Under the pieces are notes generated by a model that was not told the DNA's origin, did no database searches, and worked only from the letters and a program-made list of their open reading frames with translations. This document shows, piece by piece, positions 48,325 through 59,323 of a DNA stretch of 64,000 nucleotides; the stretch's first letter is position 1, and each line of letters starts with the position of its first letter. The translations under genes were made by a program, and so were the position numbers. Source of the DNA: Eukaryota sp. TZLM1-RC (Eukaryota; Protista; Metamonada: BaSk clade); assembly GCA_040285825.1 (NCBI GenBank), contig JAUPSS010000013.1:481218-545217 (forward strand). Direction: 5' to 3'.

Positions 48325-49602
48325 TATTTAATTTATTGAATTTGCACACTTGATTAAATTAAATTATAACTAATGGGACGACTATCATTAAACCAAGATT
48401 TCCTCTACAAAATCTTGATTTGCTTGCTGTCTAGCTAAAGCTTCTCTAATTCGATTGAAAAATTGCGGTAATCTATTAATAATGGCAAATTGAATCGGTG
48501 AACGCCATAAAAAAATATCAAATCTTTTCATTGTTTTTTCTTTCACCATTTTTTGGAAGTCATCCAAAAAAGTTTCTGCTTCAACTGATAATCTTCCATT
48601 TATCGAAAATGGGAAAGCAATAAAAACCAGCTGTGTATTTCTATCGATATTTGCATCTTCAATTTCTTCATCATATTTTCTATGTTTTTCTTTTGCTTTA
48701 AAATCCAGAGCAGCCACAGGATTAAGTTCTCTTCTGTGAACCAAAGTATCGTTTGCAACATTACATGAGACAAAGTCAACAATAGCTTAAGAAATATCAA
48801 TCCAATCACAGTATACATCACCTCTATCATCAGAACCAAAATTATTCAGAGAAAGTGTTTCTTTCAGCAGGGGCTCTTTGATACACGATATCCTTGCAGT
48901 TTGTGCCATATTGAAAACAGTGTCTCTAACAGCATCATGTAATGAAGAACGATAAGTTATCAATTTAGAGCAATTTAGAGCATGGCGCAAAGTGAGTTGA
49001 GGTGAATTCGAACAAATACATTTTTCTTTTGATAATAATTGGTTAATGGGAATGTTCAAATATAATCTCATTTTTGTTACAAATGCTTCATTAGTAGCAC
49101 ACAATCCAAATCTTCGTGGTACAATGGTTACAAAAAGTGAAGAATCTGACACCTTGTTTTCACAAACACCCTTTTCCAATAACAATGAGTGAAGATCTTG
49201 ATTTAAAACAGCCGAGCTGCAAATATTATTATAAAGATCTTTTTCATACATTCCAGTCAATCTTTTCTGTAATATTCGAAGAGTGTACTTCAAATTTAAA
49301 ACATTTTTTTCTGGAATATTGCCATTGAATGATTGGGGAAAACATCGACCCCATTTTTCTACATCAATTCTTGAAATTTCTTCATTTAATGCAAAAACAG
49401 TGGAACTTTGCGTTGTCATCAATAAATCTTCCCAATCTGCAAATCTTTCGGAGAACTCAAAGATTGCATTTCTGCATCCACCAACAAAAGCACACGAGGT
49501 AAGAATAGAAGCCTTCGTCCACCCTAAACCACCATATTGTGGACTAAGGTAAGCATGATCTGGAATTTGAAACATTTTACATCCCAGTAATTGAGACAGA
49601 AC
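48325..49602 (-). mobile_element. Family B insertion inside family A
   Basis: 13-bp TSD tttctatatctaa (48312-48324, 49603-49615); family A sequence is continuous across the insert. Confidence 0.95.
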
Positions 49603-51346
49603 TTTCTATATCTAAAGAAGAAATTGAATCAAGTTCAATTTTCATTTTTTCCAAAATAACTTGCAATTTATTCTGAATTTGAGGCACATTTCCTAACCAA
49701 CAACCAAGGAACTTAAAAGCAACACTACTATAATTAGTAAGAGGGACAATAGAATCGTTTATCACGAGGTCTTGAGCAGAAGAGCCAATCAGAAGGCATT
49801 TGCTGGCATTAAGATGAAGCCCAATATTTTCATATGAATCGGCAATTTCTTGAGCAACCAATTCTAGTAAATCAAATGAACCAATCAAGGATATATCATC
49901 CATATAAGCAACTATTTTTATAGAAGAGTATTTTTGCTTAATGATATTTAAAGTTTTGTGAATAGCTAAACAAAACAATAATGGACCTAAAGGGTCACCT
50001 TGCTTCACACCAGAAGATGATTTAAGAGCAAATGAATTAAAAATTAAATCTGATTTTTTCCCATAAAACTGGTAGAAAAACTCGATAGCTCAGGAAAATC
50101 AGATTTAATAACTTCAAAAATTGCTTCTCGCTTTACTGAATTAAAAGCATTTTTAAAGTCGAGATTAAAAATAAAATTATTTTACTCTGCATTAAAAAAG
50201 GTGTCAGAGGCAATAGCAGCAACAGATGCACCATCAATTGTTTTGATTCCAAATTGATGAGCATTCAAAAATGTAGAGGCTTTGTCTTTGACACGATCGA
50301 AGACAATTGATGTCAGCAAACGAGAAAGAGATTCACCAACAGCAATTGGACGTATTCGACGTATTCCATCAGGTTTGATTCCGTTTCCAGGCTTTACTAA
50401 AGCAATCAGACGTGCTGCGAGCAATTCAAATGGAGGATTTATTTTCAAAACAATCAATTGTTGAAAATAGTGGGCTAGATCATCAGCAATTTCGGGAGCA
50501 CTGGAACACGCTATTTTTAAGAGATCAAAAGAAATTCCGGATGGGCCTGCTGCTTTCCCCTTAGGTAATTTTTGAATAGCTTTAAGAACCTCAATTGCAG
50601 TAACAGGATTTTCAATCCAAAAAGGACACACTTCAGGCTTGCTGCACTTGAAATTTTCTTGAGGATGCAACTTTTGGAGTTTTTCAAGGGTATCAGAGTT
50701 TACATCAGCAAAATAAGAGGAAAACAAAGACTGCTTTGCGGCACCATAACGACCACGTAAGCACAATTTTCGGCAAATTTTTGATTTCACAATTTTTCTA
50801 TTTCCAATTTTTTCTTAAAACAATTTTTGTTTTTTCTAGCAAAATATTTCCAGAAGGATGAAATATTCCACTTATTATTTTTCAATTCAGAAGTAAAATT
50901 TCTCATTTCCATTGAGAAGGGGTGCTGGCGGGACTTATTTCTACTGGGATCCGGATCAGGGGTCTTACGGTATCAACGGCTTTACAATTCGTACAAAACA
51001 GAAGTTTTCGACCATTTCGTGCATCTGCAACATCTTTTTTGCAAAATGAACAACAAAAACTACTGTTTTCAGAAGGGGAAGAAGAGGGAACACTAGAAGC
51101 ATTTAACTGTTGATCGTCAGAAACATTATTTTCAGCACCTTTCACAACGGCAACAGCTGGAACAGAACATTGGAGAATTTGTTGAGCAGATTTTAATTCA
51201 AATTCTCTTTTTTGTTTCTCAGGGCACGTTCTCGAATTATGACCACTGATACCACAAATCGAACATTTTTTTAGAACCTTTTAATGGCAGTGGTTTCATT
51301 TTTCCAGTTCTTTCAATTTTGTCAATTTTTGAGTTAAAAGTATTTT

Positions 51347-51712
51347 ATATTTATTGAATTTGCACACTTGATTAAATTAAATCATAACTAATGGGACGAC
51401 TATCATTAAACCAAGATTTCCTCTACAAAATCTTGATTTGCTTGCTGTCTAGCTAAAGCTTCTCTAATTTGATTGAAAAACCGCGGTAATCTATTAATAA
51501 TGGCAAGTTGAGTCCGTGAACGCCATAAAAAAATATCAAATCTTTTCATTGTTTTTTCTTTCACCATTTTTTGGAAGTCATCCAAAAAAGTTTCTGCTTC
51601 AACTGATAGTCTTCCATTTATCGAAAATGGGAAAGCAATAAAAACCAGCTGTGTATTTCTATCGACATTTGCATCTTCAATTTCTTTATCATATTTTCTT
51701 TGTAAGTATTCA
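51347..51712 (-). mobile_element. Short family B 3' insertion inside the family A N-terminal region
   Basis: B terminus; removing it restores ..KSISTYIENTFNSKIDK.. Confidence 0.88.
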
Positions 51713-52738
51713 TATTTTCTATGTAAGTAGAAATAGACTTTTGACTTTTTGCAGTTTCAGCAGGAGAAAACAAATTTCGAGAAACGGAGTTGTTAATAGA
51801 ACGCGCAACAGAACGCAAGGAACGTAATGGTGGTTTTTCTGTGTTTTTTTCTGGTACAATGATCAGTTTTTTAATGAAAGTTTTTTGAGATGAATTTCGA
51901 GCATAGCTTGTATTGTGGGGAGAGTGGGGAAGTGGAGTGGATGAGCTTGATCTGACTGGTAGAATCTTTGCTTGGGCGTTCCAATCAGTATCAGAGTCAC
52001 TATCAGCCAAAGGCATCGTTTTGACAGAGAAACAGTACGACTTTGACGCCTTGACAGAAAGTGAAATATGAAAGGGTTGACTAAGGGAGAGAGAAAAAAA
52101 TGCCACAGTGCTTTGAATTATATACTTCCAAAAAACAGAAAAGATCGATATGTTGGTAGTTTTTTTAGTGCTGAAATATTTTCTTCTTAATTTTAAATAA
52201 AAGTGATGCGTATCAAAAACGATACTCTTACGCTTACAAAAACGTTTTATTGAGTTTTCAACATTCGATTGCAAACTTTTGGATTTTTGGATTTATTAAC
52301 CATTTAATGTTTATAAAAACTAATGAACTCAATTAATTTAAATATATACAAAATCAATTGAAAATGTAATCATATGTTTGGAACGAATAAGCAACACATA
52401 GCTAACATTACTCACTCACAATCTCACAAACAGTTTGATCACAAATTGGTCACATCTGGTACATAAAAACTACATGCAACTCACCCAATCATGGAGTCTC
52501 TACCAATCAATAAACATTTAGAAATGTTTAATGAAAGACCAATTTCATAATAGCGCTGTTGAACAGTTTTACCAATCTTTCTCACTAAATCAAAGTGGGA
52601 ACCCCAAAGTGGGAGCCAGCATTTCCTTTCCCACTTTCCGGGTCTGACTGCATGGTGCTTGATCAGTGAGGGTAATTCTGAAGATTGGGCATTTTCGGTA
52701 TTTGTGGATCTCGATTTGGCATGTTATTCGCAAAAATT

Positions 52739-53191
52739 TCCTTTTGTGAGAAATTGCGGTATTTTTAACAACAATATTGATTTTCTACCCAGAATCAAAT
52801 CAAACTAAAGCACATAAGAAACAAAATTATTTGGGAGCGCTTCTGTACACAGCGAAAATTGTCACCACTTGAATGACATAAATTACCAAAATCATTGATA
52901 AAATCCAAGGCGAACTGTCCAATGTTGCCAAAAAACGAAAAGGCAAAGAGAACAAACGAAAACTTTGAGTAATGATTCTTATTTAAATCATTTAATATCT
53001 CAGTATATTTATCCTTTTTACGATCTTCAGCCTTGTTTAAATGATCATTAGCACTAGGTAAAACATCATCACGATAAATAAAAGCGAAGGTTTCAACTGT
53101 AGTGAAATCAACAACAACTTGGGAGGACTCCACAAAAGGAGCAATTAAATCACCTCCACATGAATTAAATAGATTATTATCGCTATAATGC
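52739..53191 (-). mobile_element. Family C 3' fragment
   Basis: VVVDFTTV..HLNKAEDRKKDKY..FAFSFFGNIG. Confidence 0.85.
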
Positions 53192-53743
53192 TATAAAATT
53201 AAAATCTCCAGGTGTTTGAGTTGGTTGATGTAATTTCCATTCATAATTATCTGATTTTGGAATTGTTTTATATTTTGATTTCAATAGATGATTGATGTAA
53301 TAATAACTTCCATTCTTTTTGTAACGCAAACGATTATGGAAATATCTCACATATTGACCATCCATTTTCATATATAATTTCAAAGTTTCATTATACAATC
53401 TATAATCTTCTTTAATTCTCCAAATTGATACTCTTGAATTTGCTGTTGCATTTGTTTTTAAACTCCATTCTTTTTTACCCTTTGAACCAAATACAAGATG
53501 TTGATGTCTTTTTTGTCTTAATATATATTGAGAACATGGACGTGATTGATAATTTGAATCAATTAATGACTGTGGTATTTCTTCCTCATTATCTGAATCA
53601 TCATTATCCGAATCATCGTTATCCGAAACATCATTATCTGAACCATCTGGATCATCTGGTTCACCTTGTCCACTCGATTCTACCTTTTCAGGTTCATGCA
53701 ATAATACCATATAAACAACTACAATGATAGCAAGAAACATCAA
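53183..53743 (-). CDS. AT-rich orphan ORF: N-terminal membrane anchor, acidic DxSDN repeats, basic C-terminal domain
   Basis: MFLAIIVVVYMVLL, then DGSDNDVSDNDDSDNDDSDNEEE (15-bp units); 3' end runs into family C DNA. Confidence 0.55.
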   Translation of the reverse strand: MMFLAIIVVVYMVLLHEPEKVESSGQGEPDDPDGSDNDVSDNDDSDNDDSDNEEEIPQSLIDSNYQSRPCSQYILRQKRHQHLVFGSKGKKEWSLKTNATANSRVSIWRIKEDYRLYNETLKLYMKMDGQYVRYFHNRLRYKKNGSYYYINHLLKSKYKTIPKSDNYEWKLHQPTQTPGDFNFIAL

Positions 53744-53766
53744 TCCACTATTAGAAATGAAAAAAT

Positions 53767-54003
53767 TTATTTCAAACAAACAGAACAAATAAAATGATAT
53801 TTTTGATTAATTTCATTTGTATATTTACTTGTTTCCTTTTTACAATACGAACATGGCAACATTTTTCTATTAAAAGTTAATTGTTTACTTCTCCTTCTTA
53901 AAACTTTTTGAGGAATACAATAATCATCAAATGGTTTTCTTTTCAATATATAAGGCATATCTGATAAAAGTTTATTATTTTCAATGATTATCTTGTCAAA
54001 CAT
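53767..54003 (-). CDS. AT-rich orphan ORF with CxxC...CxxC zinc ribbon
   Basis: ATG start; CSYC..ICSVC; tightly packed with the next ORF. Confidence 0.5.
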   Translation of the reverse strand: MFDKIIIENNKLLSDMPYILKRKPFDDYCIPQKVLRRRSKQLTFNRKMLPCSYCKKETSKYTNEINQKYHFICSVCLK

Positions 54004-54065
54004 TTTTTTAAAAAAAATATCATTTTTATACTAAATAGAATACCAATCGTCAACTTCGAATAAAG

Positions 54066-55190
54066 GTTCTTATTTAAATCATTTAATATATCAGTCTATT
54101 TATCTCTCTTACAGTCTTCAGCCTTGTTTAAATGACCATTATTACTAAGTAAAACATCATCACGATAAACAAAAGCACAGGGATCAACTGTAGTGAAATC
54201 AACAACAACATGGGAGGACTTTACAAAAGGAGCAATCGAATCACCTCGACATGAATTAAATAGATTATCATCACTATAATGCTTCAACAAAGGTTCTACT
54301 TTGCAACTAAAATTGTAACACTTAAACATTTCATATGTCACATCACGAATGGCATTATGAAGAACTGACCTATATTGGAGAAATTTTATACAGCTCACAA
54401 TATGGCGGAAATTGGCTGTAGGTTTTTTGTTACAAATACAATTAGAATTATCCAAAAGACCAATTGCATACATCCCTAATCTCAACCGCATGTTTTGTTT
54501 CCAAGCTTCATTTGTTAAGTGAAGACCAAATGGCCTTGGTTGCTGAGATATTAAACTAGTACAGTTCTGAATGTCTGATAAAAAGGCAGCAAAGACGGGA
54601 TTATTAATCTTAGTCACACTAAGTCGTTTAGAAAAATCCAGGTCTTCAAAACCATTAAGAACAGACTTCTGTAATTTCACAACAGCAAGATGAAGATTGG
54701 TGAAAGATCTCGAAGGCACAGCAGGCAAACTTGAAAGAACACTCCTATTCCAAATATCAACAGGTAGTTCTTGCACCATTTTTTCAAGAGAAATTAATTA
54801 AGGATGTGATTCATTTAAAGGAATATGATCAAAACGAAGTTTCCATTCAAAAAGAAAATTTGTCATACCACCAATAAAAGCACTTTTGCATAAATATTCT
54901 GCTTTTGAAAAACCAACTCCACCAAATTTAGGACTAAAAAATGCATGATAAGGAATTTTAGATGGACAAACTTCTACTAAATTTCCTAAGAAATCTGTTC
55001 TCCAAGAATTGAATTGACGTGCAAAATCATGTGAAATTGTGGGAGATAAAGAACGAAGAAGATGATTAATTTTTGATCCAAAACACACATTTAGGACCGA
55101 AAACGCTAAATGTTTGTCAATTTTTAAATCTTGAATAACCAAAAGTTGCTCTTCGATTTTTTCCAAAATACCTGACAGAATCGATTTAAC
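54066..55190 (-). mobile_element. Family C internal fragment (RT thumb to endonuclease)
   Basis: KINHLLRS..SPKFGGVGF; NMRLRLG..CIC..HIVSC..HNAIRD..RGD..VDFT. Confidence 0.88.
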
Positions 55191-56139
55191 TTTTTTTCTA
55201 TTATTTATTTATTTTTTATTATATTATTGTTTCTCTCTTGATGACTAGAGACAAAGTCTCAATATCTATGAAGATTTTTAAAAGACCATTTGTGTTCAAA
55301 AATTATATATCAAAAGATAATGAAAAGCATTCCCTCAATTACTTTTATAAAATAATTGCTTCGGTAACCATCAAGAATAGACTCAATCCATGATACTTTA
55401 TACTAAAATTCCATGTCATTTGTTCTATTAAGCATCATAATACAGTCAAAATCACTGATGAGAATGGTTTTCAAGAAATACCAGCTGCTTCTTCAAAAGA
55501 CTGTTCTTCTAGTTCAGAGTCATATTCTTCAATGATCTTTCCTTTTTCTCCAATACTTAACACCTCTTCATGATCCTCAACAAACCTAACTTCTTGATAG
55601 CTATGTTCCCATAGCTCGACCACTTCCTCTGTAGTTCTGCTTGCTGATGCTTTATGGTGTTCTACCTTCCATGGAAAGGCACTCAGTTGACGACATTTAA
55701 AGTGAACTGTATCTGTTGTATCTTCTTCACATAAAATCATTTTGTTCAGACGTTCTGGTGCATCTCTCATTGTTTTAGAATACAGTTTGATTTTGATTTT
55801 GTCTTCTAGGTGAAGTCATGGCAGTTCTGATGTCACAAATTTACGGGATTTTTTGGTCTTGAAGTCACCTTGATGGTTTGAGTAGAAACGTCCTAGTTGT
55901 GGAGAACGAGACATTCTTGAAATAAAAGCTAGTGGAAAACCTGATCAAAAAGGATATCTCTTAATGTCAAACATGTAAAATTCATTGTTTACATAATGTC
56001 TGAGTTGTGTTACGACAGTAATTCCTTTCATTAGTTTTAAAGTATAGTTTTAATGAAACTTTACAAAAAGTTTCATTAGTTTTCTACAATCTCTCACAAT
56101 CTTTCACGATCTCACTGGTGAAGTTCCTGGAATTTAACA

Positions 56140-56345
56140 CAATTCCAAACAAACTATTCAGTAATACTTTTTTAAAATTTTCAAACAAGTGCAACCCTGA
56201 AGGTCCAATATTGCCAAAAAGAGAAATTGCAAACGGCACAAACTGATATTTCACATGTTCCACTCTACCTAATTGTGCCAAAGGTTTTTAATATTTTTTA
56301 TCTTCTTTTTTCGGCGTTAGATAACAGTAATCAGCATTTTAGTGA
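56140..56345 (-). mobile_element. Endonuclease-region fragment of a further CRE-like family
   Basis: NAEKRR..KYQFVPFAISLFGNIG. Confidence 0.65.
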
Positions 56346-56349
56346 ATTA

Positions 56350-57620
56350 TTTGTGAGACATGCACCATCTGTGGTACCACCAATGTTTATGGTTAAATGG
56401 TTTATAAGAGACAATACACATTATATGATTAAAAAATTAATTGTAAAATTTGATGATTATTATCGCTCATATTTTTCCAACAAACCAATTTTAAGAATAA
56501 ATGAAACAAATGATATTTTAGATTTGATTACCAATTTTAAATTTTTGGAACAATTTCGAATAGTATTTGAATTACATTACTCTAAATTAAAAACAATGTC
56601 ATATAGTCCTAAAGATTTCAAGTTTAAAAATATTGAAGTAATAAGTGTGCACACTTTTTATAAATTTAGAGATGGATGGAAAAATAGACGAATTTCATCA
56701 CACATTTCCTGAAATATGTGATGTAATTAGATATTAAACAAAAATTGAAAATTTTACGATATAAAAATGAATTTATTAAAATGTAAAACCCAATTAAAAA
56801 AACTACAAGATATTGTTCTCGAAGATTTAGAATATTTAACTTGGTTGATGTTTCAATTTGTGATGATGAATTTATCACAAAAATATTGAAAAAAATCATT
56901 ATATGAAGGAGATTATTTATATTATATATTAAGAAAAATTCCTGTAGAATATATCAAACCACAACACATCGAAATAGATTTTGGAGATTATTATTATAAT
57001 TGTTTACTTATAAATACCATGATGATTTCCGATCCAGGAAAAGAATTCTTTGTTAGTATCAATAAAGATTTGGAAGAAAGATATCTCGATGAATATAATG
57101 GTGGGATTTGTAAATATGAATATTTGTATTTCAAAGCAAAATATTTTCAAAATATTTATTGAACCCCACAAACTTATAGTAAATCTTGGGTGAGAAAAAT
57201 TGCATCAACTAGATTTGAAACTTTGTTGAAAGAAAATACAAAACCAATTTCATTTCTTACTAAAATTGGTAATCATATAAAAGGCAAACTAAATATTAAT
57301 TTAATTGATGAGAATATACACTATGTAGTAGATTATATAAAAAAATTATAATGGAGAAATAGATAGAGATGATTTTATTGAATTGGTAAAAGTTTGGTAT
57401 AAAAGACAATAAAAGACAAATTATTAAAAAATGATTTTTTTATAAATAATGAATCAAAAACAAAGAGAGTTTTTTATAGAGGTTTATTAATTAGATTTTT
57501 CGCAAAACGTATGGAAAAATCATATTGTGTGAAATTTTCACCACACTTTACATATGATGCAAAACTAATTGTTGAAAATTATAAACCTCATAAAATGAAA
57601 TGGATTGTTTTTACAATCTA
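56350..57620 (+). pseudogene. Very AT-rich, decayed coding region of probable foreign (virus-like) origin
   Basis: Long K/I/Y/N/F-rich frames broken by stops and frameshifts; GC visibly much lower than host genes. Confidence 0.4.
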
Positions 57621-57931
57621 ACTCTCTGAAATTAACTCCATTAATTGTTGTTAAATTGTTGTTGCACATTTCGAGTAATTTGTTTAAACTAATTTCTTCC
57701 AGTTTATTAAAATCAATGTACAATTTTTCCATAGATTGAATAAGAAAATCATTGAATTGTTAAAAGGAACTTTATTACATGCTTCTGGTCAATTACAACA
57801 CTTTACACTTGCACTATCGCGTGCGTGTTTTCAAATTGGTGGCATAGTTGACGATATAACACCATAATTTGTTTTTCCAGAGGAAAATAATGCATCCAGA
57901 CACGTATTTTATTCCAGGAAATATACATTGG

Positions 57932-58063
57932 AATTTCTTGTGAAATTCCACATCAAGTATGGTAGTTACTAACAATTCAAACGTGTCTTGGACTTTCTGT
58001 TGTTATTAAGTCATAATTTTCTAATGAAGTTTGCCAAAATTAAAAACCATTTAGTTGCAAGTA
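57932..58063 (+). repeat. ~130-bp dispersed direct repeat, also at 42573-42703
   Basis: tttcttgtgaaattcc(c)acatcaagtatg...aaaattaaaaaccatttagttg(t/c)aagtaa. Confidence 0.8.
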
Positions 58064-58074
58064 AACTAACCATA

Positions 58075-58510
58075 AGTAAGTTCAACAAACCATTCAAGGA
58101 TATCCCAAATGAACTGTTTGGAAACTATTGCTGCGATCAGACTCTACAGCAATTGCGAAGTGGTGCCTTACCTAGAGATGTTGTCCTTGTCGTAAGGGCC
58201 AGTGTTGTCAAGGATGAATTTTCAGGCTGGGTACTCATTGCATGGCAAAATTGCAAGAAAAGGCCTTTAACATGATTACTGCTGGTTGGAGGAAAGTAGA
58301 TGAGAACATGGAAGCATGTCTCCAGAAAGAAACTGGTCCGATTTCAAGGTCGTGTGCACTAAAGAAAGATCTAGATTAAGCAGCGAGAAAGAATAGTGTA
58401 CCATGGAGAAAGTACTTTGAATGAACTAGAACTGCTGTTTTGGAAGTTGAAGCAGACACCTTGGAAGATACAGATGAAGAAATAGAAGATGTGGTGGAAA
58501 ATGAGGAAAT
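58075..58510 (+). pseudogene. Possible pogo/Tc1-type DDE transposase C-terminal relic
   Basis: FNKPFKD followed by W..IAW and an acidic tail; weak motif evidence only. Confidence 0.35.
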
Positions 58511-59323
58511 CCTCATTAGGATTTCACCCAGATTCCTTGGCGCTGACTCTTCTTGGTTTATTTGCCATTTTGAAGTATGGATGGCCTAATTTCGGGGTTG
58601 GAAACATAATTGTTCTCCCTATTGCTCAATAACTTTGAAGATTTATTTGACAATAATGGATGACCGTAATTGTAATCACATCAGTTATGATTAACAACAA
58701 CATAAAATCTTTATTGAACTGCGACACTTAATTGAATCACCCAAGACTTATCAAAAATTCTTTATCGGGCGTGTTCAAGTCCTAAGTTTGCTGGAGATGG
58801 CATTTCGAAGGCAACATATTGATTCAATAGGGCTTTCAGTGATGGCATGAACAATTTTTCTTTTTGATTAGAAACTCCGGTATGATGAAATGTCTATGAA
58901 TGAATCACATCCTCTATTGAAGTGTCTCGATAATCTGGTGCAATAATTACCTATCTTCAGAGGAAGATAATTACCGCTGAAGGCGCTAGTGCTCTAGTAA
59001 CCATTAAGAAGTACTGAAAGATGGTGGCGTCTGGAACAAATTTAAGTGAAAACTCCACATTTGACACAGATAGACTGATTGGTTAATGATATAACTCTGG
59101 ACTTGCTATTCAGTGCTTTTTGTTGTACTGTGGACAATTAGTCTAGTGTAGACTTCACTAGTGACGGCCTTTATAAGGGCCAGTGAAATTGAATAAATGA
59201 TTAAATGATTTACTAAACTAAATGATTTTAGAAGAAATAATCTCAGAAAACTTTCAGCAAACACCCAGTGTCTCGACAAATTTCACTTTTCAATAAATTT
59301 CTCTTCGTCTCAACCTCTCTATA

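Larger units (their letters stand above)
46943..52097 (-). mobile_element. Apparently full-length family A element (~3.5 kb net) containing two family B insertions
   Basis: 17-bp TSD aaatgccacagtgcttt (46926-46942, 52098-52114); poly-A end; ATG at 52016 (MPLADSDS); CSICGISGHNSRTC knuckle near 51225-51265; RT and endonuclease as in 1658-4563. Confidence 0.92.

Noticed and set aside
55471-55830. Possible pogo-like transposase relic
   Set aside because: Motifs too degraded to support a call.
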